From positions 49,724,001 to 49,788,000 of the forward strand of contig OZ231126.1 in the NCBI GenBank assembly GCA_965153355.1: a DNA stretch of 64,000 nucleotides, read 5' to 3'. Below the pieces are notes generated by a model that worked only from the letters and a program-made list of their open reading frames with translations, was not told the DNA's origin and made no database searches. Below, piece by piece: positions 12,789-25,034 of the stretch. Made by a program: the position numbers and the translations under genes. How positions within the stretch are numbered: position 1 is the stretch's first letter; each line of letters starts with the position of its first letter. This DNA comes from Flaccisagitta enflata (lineage: Eukaryota).

Positions 12789-13271
12789 AAATAGTCGAAA
12801 AAGCGTTAGGTGGTCAGCGGTGCCCATGCCCTGCTTAAGAAGGTTGTGCTTGAAGTTGAGGGGGGAGCAGGGCAGAGGCCCCTGAAGGAGTCAATGACCT
12901 ATGCTTTCACACAGGGGAATTTTCTCCTCCTCCTCCTCCTCCTCCTACTCCTCCTCCTCCTCCTCCATACAACCCCTCTTCAAACCCCAGCCTCAAGGCT
13001 CAAATCCCACCCTCAAGGCTTCAAGGCCTCATGGGTAGGATTTGGGCCCCCAGGGTGGGATTTGAGCCCTGAGAATGGTATTTGAGCCTCAAGGCTGGGA
13101 TTTAGTCCTTGAGACTGGGATTTGGGCCATGAGACTAGGATTTGGGCCTTGAGGTTTGGATTTGAGTGAGGGGGGGGGGACGGACATAGGAGAAGGAGGA
13201 GGAGAAGGAGGAGAAAATTCCCCTGTGTGAAAGTATAGGTCATCGACCCCTTGGGGGCCGCTGCCCAAAAA
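12789..13271 (-). mobile_element. Family C element with extended internal inverted arms
   Basis: Family C tail (AATAGTCG..GGTCAGCGGT). Arm GGGCAGAGGCCCC..ATGACCTATGCTTTCACACAGGGGAATTTTCTCC from 12870 is mirrored by GGAGAAAATTCCCCTGTGTGAAAGTATAGGTCAT..GGGGCCGCTGCCC ending at 13266. Confidence 0.85.
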
Positions 13272-13408
13272 GGGAAGACAGAAAGGAAGAAAAGACAAAA
13301 ATTAAAAACAAGATAGAAGGAAAGAAAGAAGGAAAGGGAAGAAAGAAAGGAAGAAAAGAGACAAAAAAGAAAGGAAAGATAGAAAGAAAGAAAGAAAGAT
13401 AGAAAGAT

Positions 13409-13451
<43 letters not shown>

Positions 13452-13455
13452 AAAA

Positions 13456-13499
<44 letters not shown>

Positions 13500-14106
13500 A
13501 AAAAAGAAAGAGAAGAAGAAAGAGAAAAAGAAAGAGAAAAAGAAAGAGAAAAAGAAAGAAAGGAATGCAAACTTATGAGGAGAAAAGGAATAGAAAGAAT
13601 GGAAAGAGCGAGAGAATGGAAGATGGCATATGGACTAACAGGAACCGACAAAGACATACTCTTGGGTTAAGACCTTCCATTTCTCCAGGGATAAAAATGG
13701 TGGTAAGGATGAGCTCGTAAACGCGGAAAAACAAACCCACAGGAAAAAGTAGGTCGCGTCTGTCGTCCATCTTCCGAGCTGTAAGTTCGTCTGTAAGTCA
13801 GTTGTAACCTGTTAGATTGCGCGCACTTCGTGACCGAAAAGTATCCATCTGCGGTCTTCTTGGCGCGGCTGTGGCCCCCGGCTTGTCACTCTCTGTCTCT
13901 AACTCCTAATTACCTTGAGAAAAAAGGAAAAAAAAAAACTCGTTAAAACGAAAGATTTTACCGTTGAAAAATCGGTTCCTTTACCGAGGAAGAAAAATGA
14001 TACCCGGATACATTTGCCATTCCGCCAATATTTCCAATCGTGAGTCTATTACCCGCTATACCGGTTCGTCTGTCAACCAGTTTGTCCATCGGTCTGAGCA
14101 CTCTGC

Positions 14107-14986
14107 TTTTGGGCAGCGGCTCCGAAGGGGCCGATGACCTATGCTTTCACACATAGGGGAAATTTCTCCTTCTTCTTCTCCTCCTTCTCCTCCGTTCACC
14201 CCCGTCGACGCTCATATCCTAGCCTTGAGGCTCAAATCCCAGCCCTGAGGCCCAAATCTTAGCCTCAAGGCCCAAATCCTAGCCTTGAGGCCCAAATTCC
14301 AGCATTGGGGCTCAAATCCCAGCCTCAAGGCTCAAATCCCTGCCTCGAGCCTCAAATCCTATGAAATTTCTCCTTCTTCTTCTCCTCCTTCTCCTCCTTC
14401 TCCTCCATCCACCCCCTTCGACGCTCATATCCTAGCCTTGAGGCTCAAATCCCAGCCCTGAGGCCCAAATCTTAGCCTTGAGGCCCAAATCCTAGCCTTG
14501 AGGCCCAAATTCCAGCCTTAGGGCTCAAATCCCAGCCTCAAGGCTCAAATCCCTGCCTCGAGCCTCAAATCCCAGCCTTGAGCCTCAAATCCCAGCCTCG
14601 AGCCTCAAATCCCAGCCTCGAGGCTCAAATCCCAGCCTTGAGGCTCAAATCCCAGCCTCGAGGTTCAAATCCCAGCCTCAAGGCTCAAATTCCAGCCCCA
14701 AGGCTCAAATTCAAGCCTCAAAGTTCAAATCACAGCCTCGAGGCTCAAATCACAGCCTCGAGGCTCAAATCACAGCCCCAAGGCTCAAATCACAGCCTAA
14801 TGGCTCAAATCACAGCCTTGAGGCTCAAATCACAGCCTAACGGCTTTAATTCTAATGTCTATGCTTAAATTCAAGCCTATAGCTTCAAAACTTCGGGGCC
14901 GCTGCCCCTCTCACCATCACACACCCACATTTACTCACATAGGGGCAACGGGTACCGCTGACCATCTAACGCTTTTGCGACTATTT
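14107..14986 (+). mobile_element. Family C element, long copy with 20-bp tandem array and an internal duplication of about 200 bp
   Basis: TTTTGGGCAGCGGCTCCGAAGGGGCC start, (CCAGCCTCGAGGCTCAAATC)n array, GGGGCCGCTGCCC 3' subTIR, GTACCGCTGACCATCTAACGCTTTTGCGACTATTT end. Block 14159-14360 is repeated from 14363. Confidence 0.9.
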
Positions 14987-15104
14987 CATCGTTCAAGGAT
15001 GGTTTTCATATCTTCTCCGACCTAAGTGCTTAATAACTCTATTCCTGCGCTCGATAGTTCATGCATCTAGCTCAGGTTTCTCGCGGAAATCTGGACAAAG
15101 TGGA

Positions 15105-15235
15105 CATGACAAATGCCAAACAAACCGACAAACCCCCAACAAATGCCCGACAAACGCCCGACAGATGACCGACTTATTCCGAAAAATGCCCGACAAATGC
15201 CCGACAAACGCCCGACAAATAGCAAAGACAAACAG
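15105..15235. repeat. 11-bp minisatellite (CGACAAATGCC)n
   Basis: Several CCCGACAAA(T/C)GC units. Confidence 0.75.
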
Positions 15236-15476
15236 CCCACATCGCAATGGTGGCCTAAGATAGTAACCGACAGTACAGACTGGTATTAAACAGATCATAA
15301 ATGGCATAAATTGCAGCTCACTACTGATTATAGATAATCGAATGGTAGTCCGCAATCAGCAGGATATATTTGACAATGAACAAATCGCCGTTAGATGCAG
15401 CAACTGAGAAAAGGCCCAGAGCAAACTGAAACCGACAGAGGGCCACCTACTGACATATGGCTACCAACTAACTGAG

Positions 15477-16237
15477 GGCAATTTCTCCTATAAAGTGGGC
15501 TAGCTGAAAAACATGATTTGGCAAGCAAAAAAAAACACAGTTTTCTCCCACCAATCATTTTGTTGATAATAATAGCTGTTCTGACACATCCCCTGGGACC
15601 AAGTGTCTAACATACATGCTTCATAATCAAGATTTTGATAGATTAGGTGGCCAAAAGTAGAGCCAAATAAGCCTATTTTCCTTGTCACACTTGTGACACA
15701 CTTCATATCTACTATGATAAAGACACCAAGAAATTGTCAAGCCTATCCAACTATGGGTCATTTTTGTACCATTACTATCCCTAAAGAAACACCAAAAATT
15801 TCATGGTGATCGGTGGTCATTTACTATGGAAAAAGTTTGCTCATAGTTGATTTGTCAAATATGAAAAAATATTCAATCTTGATATAGAAATATGCTGTAC
15901 ACAAAAAAGCATACTTTTAAGTGTGATGGAAAATTTCTTTTTTCCCCTGTTTAGTAAAGACATAACCCAGGTTACATGCCAAATTTCAGACCTTCATGTC
16001 TGTTCTAGCCAGAGATATTGATTTTTTATAAAAGTGTCCTATCGAGTTAACACCTTGTCACACTATGTCACACCGTTTTTCTTAAAAAGTCATACGATTA
16101 AACACAGTATAAGACTTTAAGTGATTTTTTCAGTGTGACTTGAAAAAGTATCAAATTTTGAGCCTAGAGCCCAAATTTCAATGTTAACTCAATCAGGCAC
16201 TCAATTTTTGCCGGCCCGGTTTATAGGAGAAACTGCC
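15477..16237. mobile_element. TIR element with 4-bp TGAG flanking duplication, nested in a GACAGACGGCRAC minisatellite
   Basis: TIRs GGCAATTTCTCCTATAAAGTGGGCTAGC / GCCGGCCCGGTTTATAGGAGAAACTGCC. TGAG at 15473-15476 and 16238-16241. Confidence 0.75.
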
Positions 16238-16241
16238 TGAG

Positions 16242-16550
16242 GACAACCAACTGACAGATGGGGACTCACAGATAGGCAGTAACCAACTAACAGACAGCGG
16301 CTGACTGACAGACAGCAACCAACTGACAAACATCCAATAGACAGATGGCACCCGACTAACAGACGGCGATTGACTGACAGACAGCAATCAACAGACAAGC
16401 AACAGAGGGACAGATGGCAACTGACTAATAGACGGCGACCGACTGTCAGACATCAAGGGCAACTAATTGACAGACGGCGACCAATCGACTGACAGAAACG
16501 AACCAAAAGACGGCGACCGACTAGACGGCGACTATCAACAAACGGCGAAG
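16242..16550. repeat. Degenerate minisatellite of about 18 bp (GACAGACGGCAACCAACT-like)
   Basis: Recurring ACTGACAGACRGCRAC units. Similar units occur at about 15395-15472 on the other side of the nested element. Confidence 0.75.
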
Positions 16551-16859
16551 AACGAAATTACCGTCGTCGGCGTCGGCGTCGGCGTCGGCGGCCGACGCGC
16601 CTCTTCTCATTCGTCGCCACCCTATTGTGTTTGCACGCGCGTTATCATTCCTGTAATGGAAGGTTTGTGCTCTGGGTCGTAAATGAAAATGAAAAGTGGT
16701 TCGTCGGTGGCACTAATTCCGTGCCAAGCGCCATTTCGAGATTCATTTCCCGAGAAAAAAAGAAAGAAAGAAAGAAAGACCATTAACTCCGACGCGCATT
16801 AGGAATGAAGAAGGAGCATTAAAGAGGAGATTTCAGCGGCTAGCAACTGGAATGAATAT

Positions 16860-17273
16860 TAGCACGGGGGTTCATGACAAAAAATGGTAAGAGTTCAGGA
16901 GATGTGCGCGCCATTTCATGGTATGAAAAGTGGAACAATATCCCTCACTATACCCAAACTGAAATAAATAGAAGAGGGCCTTATGAACCCTCACTGACTA
17001 GTTAATACGCGCACCACTCCTAGTTTTCCAAAAAACAGAATCTGGAAAACATTCCTTCTCAATCTAACCCAAAAGCAATGCACCAAAACAAATTTGGAGG
17101 TCGTCCGATGTCGGGAAGATGGCGCCGCCACCTCCCCTTGAGTAAAGTGGTGGTGGTGGTACAAATCTTGTTTTTTAGATCATTTTGACCTCAAAATTGG
17201 GCTAGTTTGACGAAAAATCCATGAGATCATAAAACTAGGTTCCGACGATTTTTAATCACGAACCTGCGTGCTA
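16860..17273. mobile_element. hAT-like MITE
   Basis: TIRs TAGCACGGGGGTTCATGACAAAAAAT / ATTTTTAATCACGAACCTGCGTGCTA. Flanks ATGAATAT (16852-16859) and ATGAATAC (17274-17281). Confidence 0.8.
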
Positions 17274-17472
17274 ATGAATACATGTACAACCGACTTGCCG
17301 ACTGCAATGTAAGAAAGGAGAAGATGGCAAAATAAGATTATGAAAGTAAAAATGCCGGAGATATGTCGAGAAAATAGTATTGAAAATAAGTTTATCAGCA
17401 ACATCAACTTATCCAAAAAGGTACCGTTGTTGACGATACACAGAAACATAGAGTTAAAGAGGTAAAGAGATA

Positions 17473-17827
17473 AACAAGGCCAACGCGTTACAAGTCGCGT
17501 GCGGTCTAGAATACTAAAAGACTAAAAGACCTAAAGACCAAAAGACAAAACAACTAAAAGCAGGAGCAGTAATGCAAAAAATGCCCAAAAACGCCGAAAA
17601 AAGCTAACGTGGACCAACCGACCAACAGACCAACAGAACGACCGACATAGCGGTTCATAGGCCGGAAACACGGCTACCCCAGTTGCGTGCGGGTGGGCAG
17701 GGGCTGTATATGAGGTCACTAGATCATTTGGGCAGGAGCAGTGAGGCCAAAGATGGACAGACGGATGGACGGGCCGACGGACCGACAAAGCGGGGTGTAG
17801 AGTCGCGTAGCACGCGACCAAAAAAAG
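17473..17827 (-). mobile_element. Two fused HINE-like elements
   Basis: AACAAGGCC..AGTCGCGTGC..(GACC)n is joined at about 17659 to a family A copy ending AGAGTCGCGTAGCACGCGACCAAAAA. Confidence 0.75.
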
Positions 17828-18532
17828 AACTGAAAAAAGAAAGAGAAAAGAAAGCAAAATGGAGATAAAAAAGATGCCCTGATTTCTGCTGTCAGCACAG
17901 CATCCTATTTTTTCAGTTTTATGATTGAGTTTTGAATTATTTCCTCATCCTGGAGTTGAAATCTTGCATTAGTTATTCCCATTGTTCTTCTTCTTTTCAT
18001 TTTTAATCGCTTTCAGTCCATTATTTTTTCTGTTTCCATTTTTTTTCATTTTTTCCAATTCAACCATAAACCGATTTTCCCTATCTCTTATCTGATTATA
18101 TAACCTATTTTATTGTCTCATATCTGCCGTAAAAAATTTCCCTCATTCTTTTTCATAAGCCTAGTTCTTTCTTTTACTACGATGAACCCTCGCTAGAACG
18201 GATCCAAAGGAGCTAATCAATCTTTGATATTGTAGGTGTATTTCCATTTTTGGTAATGAAGGAAAAAGACGCAAACAGGCAGAAAAGCCAATTGTTTCAC
18301 TCATCATCTTCTAGTTAGCTAAGTATTGACCTTACCTTGATTTGTTTCTTGAAGATCTAATAATATGTGTCATGTCCACCAATCCTGTAACACTTTTTTC
18401 TTGCGTGAAATGTTTTTAAAAATTTCATTCTCATTTAAGTTCTCTTTCCCCTGAAGAAAGTCTATTGGTTCAATGCACAGTAAACATCCCAGGAATCAGG
18501 TTGTTCAATCGAAATGTATAACGTTTCTTTCA

Positions 18533-18758
18533 TTTTTAGTCGCATGCTACGCGACTCTACACCCCGCTTTGTCGGTCCGTTGGTCCGTCCGTTGGTCCTT
18601 CCGTCCATCCGTCCATCCGTCCATCCGTCACGCTTTACTTTTTTGTTTTGTTTTTGCGGTTTTTGGCCTCACTGCTCCTGCCTAAGTGATCAAGTGACCT
18701 CAAATACGGCCCCTGCCCACCCACACGCGACTAGGGTAGCCGTGTTTCCGGCCTTGTT
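18533..18758 (+). mobile_element. HINE-like family A, full length
   Basis: TTTTTAGTCGCATGCTACGCGACTCTACACCCCGCTTTGTC, (GTCC)n, core, CACGCGACT, GCCGTGTTTCCGGC hairpin, CTTGTT. Confidence 0.85.
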
Positions 18759-18820
18759 GAATTAATTACAGCCAGGATTGACTGTGTAATCTCTATCATA
18801 GGCCCATCCGCATGAATATA

Positions 18821-19247
18821 CTACGCGAATCAAAAAAAAAAAAAAAAAAAAAAAAGCCGCACCCTTTTTTAGCTGAGTATAAGAGACACAAAAAATCCAT
18901 TCAAAGTTTTTTTATTCAACTAATTTTAAAGATTTTTAAATTTGCTTTCATTCTAGACCAACCCCAGGTCTGTATCTCAAACCGTTTAGGAGATACAGCT
19001 TGCTAGAGTGAACCTCTCTTTTGCAGAAATGCTCATTTTTCAATAGGATTGCAAAACTGAAAATGGCAATGTTTTCACTCTTTTTTTATGCCATTTCTAA
19101 ACAAATAAAGCTAGAAATACCAGATTGGAGCCAAATGAAAGATCTCTTTAAGATCTTCAAAATGGTCTAAGATTTTGTTTAAATATTTTAAAATTTAATA
19201 TGATAAATTGCCATTTAAAAGTGCGGCTTTTTTATTGATTCGCGTAA
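18821..19247. mobile_element. Tc1/mariner-like MITE with TA flanks
   Basis: TACGCGAATC(A)nGCCGCAC / GTGCGGCTTTTTTATTGATTCGCGTA inverted termini, with TA on both sides. Confidence 0.8.
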
Positions 19248-19919
19248 TACTGTGCTTTCTGCTTTTTGCTTTTTTTAATCATAAGTATTTAACAGAAAAT
19301 TTTTTTATGAGATGATGATTTCAATTTAGGTGATATCGGTTTTAAGAGACAAAATTACAAGGTCCCCAGAAACCTCCTGAGCCGAATCTCCGCTGAATTT
19401 ACTAAACATTTCAATCGTTTCCGCCTCTCCCCCCCCCCCATCTCCCCATACTTCTATTTTCCAAGAAAAAAAAAAATCTGTGATATCTATTCCCTCACTT
19501 TTTGCATTCTATGTCTTCTTTCTACATTCTTTTTCCCATTTTCGCTTCTCGATTCGTCTTCCATTTTTCTTCCAATTTTTAATCTTTTTCAATCCCCCAA
19601 TAATTTTTTTTCTTCTCCATCTCGAGACTAATTTGTTACCCAAACTTTAATTTTTTTCATTCCTTCTGGGGTTTTTTCCTTCTATCTCTTAAAGTATAAT
19701 TCCTCTTTCACTGCAAATGTTAAAAGTGAAAACCCTTTGCCAATTATCACACGTAGCAAAAAAATGAAAGGGGAAAAAAGATAATTTGAGACGAGAAAAA
19801 AAAAATTGGGAAAAAATGAAGAGAGAAAGACTTTTTGAGCAGTATGTCGAATTATGGATCTTCCTTCAGACGAGTCAGTCACGAAATTGAAATCTCGTTC
19901 TTTAGTTCACGCCAAATAA

Positions 19920-20930
19920 CGACGAGTGAGTTCAGGAAGGTGAGTGAATTGAGCAAGTGAGTGAGTGATTTCTTAGGTGGAGATGAAAGCGAGTTCAAGG
20001 CAGTGAGTGACTGAGTCATTGTATAGGCAGAAATAAAAGTGAGTTCACGAAGGTGAGTGAGTGAGTAGAGTGAGTGAGTTATTGTAGAGGCGGACATACA
20101 AGTAAATTCAGGAAGATGAGTGGGTGAGTAGAGAAAGTGAATAATTTCATAGGCAGACATACATGTGAGCTCAGAAAGGTGACTGAGTGAGTAGAACGAG
20201 CTCAAAATGGTGAGTGAATACACAGTCAGCCCCAATTCCGCATTCATCCATATGCCCACATCTCATCATGTTTCGAGATAAAGCAACTTTGGTTATTTGG
20301 GCATATTTCGATATATCGAAATATGACTTTCGTCTTTCCCTTTTTGCTATGCCACTCAAAACGGAGTAGCAAAGCAGTTTCCAAGATCTGATCTTATTTA
20401 CTTTTTTTTTTTGCCCAATACTTGAATAATCAGCTGAGATTACAAATTCGGAAGAAATAACAAAATACAAGGATATGATTGAACGGTACAGCATTCATAA
20501 ATGTATTTCTTCTAAGATTTAAGTGGCAAAATCTTTGGAGACCGTTAACGTTGCAAACTGCTATGGAATTCATTCAGAATTTACCAAAGCCACAATCGAG
20601 TAAATCTAACTTTTGTAAGTCATATTTCGATATACCGAAATATGCCCAGATGGAGAAAGTTTTGGTTTTCCAAAATATGTTGAGATACGAGGACATGGAT
20701 GAATACGGAATTGGGACTGACTGTACAGCGAGTGCGTAACTGCGTAGCTGAAGATACAAGCAAGCTCAGAAAGTTAAGTAAATCAGTAGACCAAGTGTGT
20801 AGGAAATTTTGTAGGCGGTAGCTCATTGAGATGAGTAGGGCACGTGAGTTATTTGTTAGGTGGACATACTAGCGAGCTCAGAAACGTGAGTGAGTAGAAC
20901 GTCTGAGTTCGTAGGCGGACAGATGAGCCA
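19920..20930. repeat. Degenerate GTGAGTGAG-rich minisatellite interrupted by a MITE
   Basis: Units such as GAGTTCAGGAAGGTGAGTGAGT..TAGGCGGACA occur on both sides of 20223-20723. Confidence 0.65.
20223..20723. mobile_element. MITE with about 105-bp inverted arms, CAGTC termini and TACA flanking duplication
   Basis: Arms 20223-20329 and 20617-20723 (CAGTCAGCCCCAATTCCG / CGGAATTGGGACTGACTG). TACA at 20219-20222 and 20724-20727. Confidence 0.9.
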
Positions 20931-21606
20931 GAATGCCATAAACTTGATAAATGATAATGATCCCATGAGTCCAAGAAAAGGTAACTGAAGAAACATCAAT
21001 GAATATTTGGTATCGTTATTACGTGGAGAAACAAATTAAGCGGACCTTTGAAGCGGATATTCGCGCTGACGAATTTGCGGGAGCTAAGCAACGGTTGTTT
21101 CAGTGCCAGAATCAGATGGTTTCGACAAAAGCCAAATCGGCATCTCATTCCCTTAGAAATGGGTCAGTAGTAAAAAGCTTTCGCGTATTTTCGAAGATTT
21201 CCGCTGGGAGTCAGGAGTCCATGTGTCCATATCTTTCTCTCTCTCTCTCTCATTTCCTATCCAAGCTGGCCTCGCTGTGGACGTGAGCCAGTGTTAAGCA
21301 CAGACGAGAAGAGCGCGGTTGAGGCCGGAAGAAACACACGGCACTGCCTTCAACTCGAAAAGACGTCAAACCACGGCTGCTTGGGTTTTCGTGCTTTTAT
21401 TGGCGGGCGGCTGTCAAGGGGGAAACTTTCAGCGGCTTTGGAAGCGCGGCTGTCAAACTGATTGGCCTACTTTGGAAATGCAGAGTAAGAAACAAATGGC
21501 TTTGAAAAGGTGCGGTAAAGTTAGCAAGTTTTTTTGACGTAGATGGATCAGAAAAAAACGTATTGATGGATCTCCCAACACAAATGTAGGTAGTTTTACG
21601 ATACAA

Positions 21607-21720
21607 CTAGAAACTAGAAACTAGAAACTAGAAATTAGAAACTAGAAACTAGAAACTAGAAACTAGAAACTAGAAACTAGAAACTAGAAACTAGAAACTA
21701 GAAACTAGAAACTAGAAACT
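21607..21720. repeat. (CTAGAAA)n heptamer microsatellite
   Basis: About 16 near-perfect units. Confidence 0.98.
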
Positions 21721-21758
21721 AAAAATTAAAGATTAAAAACTAAAAACTAAAAAGTGAT

Positions 21759-22126
21759 AAGGCCGGATACACGGCTACCCAAGTCGCGTGCGGGTGAGCA
21801 GGGGCCATATTTAAGGTCACTAGACCATTTGGGCAGGAGCAGTGAGGTTAAGAAATAAATATCATTAAAGAGTAAAGTGTGACCGACCGACAGACTGACA
21901 GACGGACGGACGGACGGACGGACGAACGGACGGATGGACAGACGGACAGATGGAAGGACTAAAAAACAAACAAGGCCGTCCTAGTCGCATGCGGGTTGGC
22001 AGGGGCAGTATTTGAGTTACCAGAGCATTTTGGTAGGAGCACTGAGGCCAAAGACAACAAAAACACACAACAAAAATGTAAAAATGGGACAGACGGACAG
22101 ACGTAGCGGGGTGCACGCGATTAAAA
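21759..22126 (-). mobile_element. Two tandem HINE-like family A copies (21759-21966 and 21969-22126)
   Basis: Each begins AAGGCCG..AGTCGC(G/A)TGCGGGT..GCAGGGGC and contains a GGAC/GACA tract. Confidence 0.8.
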
Positions 22127-22160
22127 CAGAACATGGAAAACTGAGAAAAAAAATAAAATA

Positions 22161-22337
22161 CAGTTGAACCCCGCTCTAACGGACCCGCCATAAACGGAAT
22201 TCCGCCTATAACAGATACAAATTCATGGTCCCTTCAAGGTTATTTCTTTTATTTCCTTTGTTGGCAGTAACAGAAGTCCGCCTATAACAGAGGAAAACTG
22301 TTAGTCCCCTGAAATCCGTTAGAGCGGGGTTCAACTG
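22161..22337. mobile_element. pogo/Tigger-like MITE, TA TSD
   Basis: Perfect 23-bp TIRs CAGTTGAACCCCGCTCTAACGGA / TCCGTTAGAGCGGGGTTCAACTG flanked by TA. Internal repeat TCCGCCTATAACAGA occurs twice. Confidence 0.93.
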
Positions 22338-22616
22338 TAAAAGCAAAGAAAATCCTGTGGATGAAAAAGAAAAAAGTCTGATCAAACATGAACTAAAAGC
22401 TATAGAGTATAAAACCGATATCCTTTTAAGGGTGAAGGACGTATGTTTCAGACACGGTCTATATTGTCCATATTAAGCTTCGCCTTAGTTAACAGCGTCG
22501 ACTATTGATGGCAATTCGTTTTTTTTAGATGTCAAGCTCTGAAGTCGATAATCGTTATGGCGAAACATGTCAAAAAGTAATTCTGCGATACAAATGAAGA
22601 AGCAACAGGTCCTTTG

Positions 22617-22841
22617 AACAAGGCCGGATACACGGCTACCCCAGTCGCGTGCCGGTGGGCAGGGGCCGTATTTGAGGTCACTTGATCATTTGGGCTTGTG
22701 CAGTAAGGCTAAAGACCGCAAAAAAAAAACCAAAAAAAGTAAAGTGTGACGGACAGACCGACGGACGGAAGGACAAAGCGGGTCGCGTAGCACGCGTAGC
22801 ACGCGTAGCACGCGTAGAGTCGCGTAGCACGCGACTAAAAA
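22617..22841 (-). mobile_element. HINE-like family A with an iterated 5' hairpin
   Basis: Canonical family A sequence with CGCGTAGCA repeated at about 22784-22836. Confidence 0.85.
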
Positions 22842-23247
22842 TTATCAGTGACAAAGAACGATTGAAACATTAAGTTTGAGCGATTTCGCTTTATTTGCAT
22901 CACTTGCACATCTCCTTTTATCTTATATCCGAAGAGGACGCACCCATTGGACATCTTTTGGCATTTCTTACTACAGAGATTATCATCACGTTTACAGCAT
23001 CCATGAAAATTTTACAACTGAGCGAATTTGAGATTGGTTTTTCGGTTGTTCAATAATTTCTGTTTCCTGTGTTTGTAACTGTAAAAGGAAAACGACCCAA
23101 CTTTCGTCGTAAAAACGCGGATGTTCCATTATTTCCATCGGCTCTTTGCCATGCAGGAAAATGACATCCATAGCAACAATTACAGCCTTTTGTTGCGATA
23201 CTTTTTTTTCTCTGCCTCTCCCCCCATGACTGGCTCTCTCGCTCTTG

Positions 23248-23288
<41 letters not shown>

Positions 23289-23761
23289 GAATGAACGAAC
23301 GGACCTAAGAACCAACCAAAAAGTGATTCATAGAGTCGCGTAGAAAATCCAGGTGGAGCAAAATATACCAACAGTAAAATTGAGAGAGGAAAAATACTTA
23401 ATCACAGACATAAAAGCAACCATAGTAATGATACTACCAACAGCAATGGACGCCAAATGATGGATTTATCTTTTCCTTGCGCGGCAACAACTTCATCTGT
23501 GTGGCCGTTTGCGATCAAACAAACTTCTAAGCAGTTTAGGTCATGACGACTCCACAGAGGGAGCATTTGGACTGGAATAAATCAGCACTTGCCTGCCCGC
23601 TTCCCCCGTCTCTTGGCTAGTTAGTTCCATGTCAGTCCATTCATATGATCATACGGCTTTCCCACTATTAGGTTGTCGGTATGCGCCATGCGTGTAAACC
23701 AGTTACCACGTGAGCAAAACCTCCCCGGTTGACAAGCAACATACTTTGGTTTCAGCTTTAG

Positions 23762-24016
23762 TTTTTAGTCGCGTGCTACACTTTGTCCGTTATTTGGTTG
23801 GTCGGTCAGTTGGACGGTCCGTCCGTCAGGTGTTCAAATTCTTCCAAGCTTCCGAGATGCACATGGGTTTTCTAGATAAAATCATTGAAGAGATTTCAAA
23901 CATTTTCGAGAGTCGCCGCCTGTCGCCTCACCTCAATTTGAATGCCTGCTCACATCTTACTCATTTTTGTTTTCGAGGTTTTTGACCTCACTGCTCCTGC
24001 CCGAGTACTCCAGTGA
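23762..24016 (+). mobile_element. HINE-like family A with an internal insertion
   Basis: TTTTTAGTCGCGTGCTAC..(GGTC)n, then about 130 bp of unrelated sequence, then CCTCACTGCTCCTGCCC..ACGCGACTGGGGTAGCC..CCGGCC. Confidence 0.7.
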
Positions 24017-24629
24017 CCTGAAATATGGTCCCTGCCCACCCGAACGCGACTGGGGTAGCCACGTATCCGGCCCTCTTTTTTTTTCGCTTTTATCCCAACA
24101 CAAAGTTCAATTGATAAGACGACAGAAAAACAGAGGTGGATTCAAGCATGTATTCCACCCGCTCCACGTCTTCTGTCTTTCTCTTTTCCTTTCGGCCTCA
24201 CTCAATTCTAGAACTGCCACGAATCCACCTGCCAAAAAACTGCCGCCTGCCAAAATGGGAGATGAATGAGCTACTAGCAAGACTGGTGGCAATTCATCTA
24301 CTTTTTTTTCATCCGCCGCTACTCATGCTGTAGTTGCTGCGTACATTAACGTCGCCCTAATCACAACTATATTACCAGTTTAGCAAATGATCGAAAATAC
24401 AAAGAAATGTGACATGAACTTGTAGGATTTGGCCGTAGACAGACAAGAGGAACGACAGCGAGTTCAAAAATAACCATCTGTTTACCTCGTTTGTCTCCTT
24501 TTAATTTCTCTTTTAAGACTTTAGTCTTTCTTCTTTTGATAAATGGTTTTTCGAATTCCTTCTTGGTGGCAACCTCTTGACCCAAACACAAACTTGGCGA
24601 ACCAAAAACGGCATCGTAACTGACTGCTT

Positions 24630-24753
<124 letters not shown>

Positions 24754-25034
24754 AATGAGAGAGAGAGAGTACAGAAATAGTGCTCGTCTACTGCCAGTAC
24801 CCCATTACATTAATCGTTATGTTTCGGCATGCTCGGTGGTCATCCCGACTACTAACATTTCAAGAAAAGAAAAACATTGGAAGATTCTTATTGTGACACA
24901 CAATGTAACATAATTACAGCTGGAATTGCTGGATTCGCAGTCGTATTCGATACTTATTTCACAGCGGACTCATTCGCACAGTTTGTACCCGAAGATCAAT
25001 TGTTTAACATGACAGTTTGTAAAGTGTAAAACGT

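Noticed and set aside
14578..14868. ORF with SQPR/LEAQIP repeats (also at 8.2, 26.4 and 55.7 kb)
   Set aside because: It is a read-through of the 20-bp array of family C, and the unit length is not a multiple of 3.
15360..15370. CAGGATATATT resembling a T-DNA border/oriT core
   Set aside because: Only an 11-nt match, with no partner border and no bacterial genes. It is compatible with chance.
18533..18758. tRNA-derived SINE interpretation of family A
   Set aside because: There are no Pol III A/B boxes or cloverleaf and no TSDs. SubTIRs and hairpins fit a Helentron-type element better.
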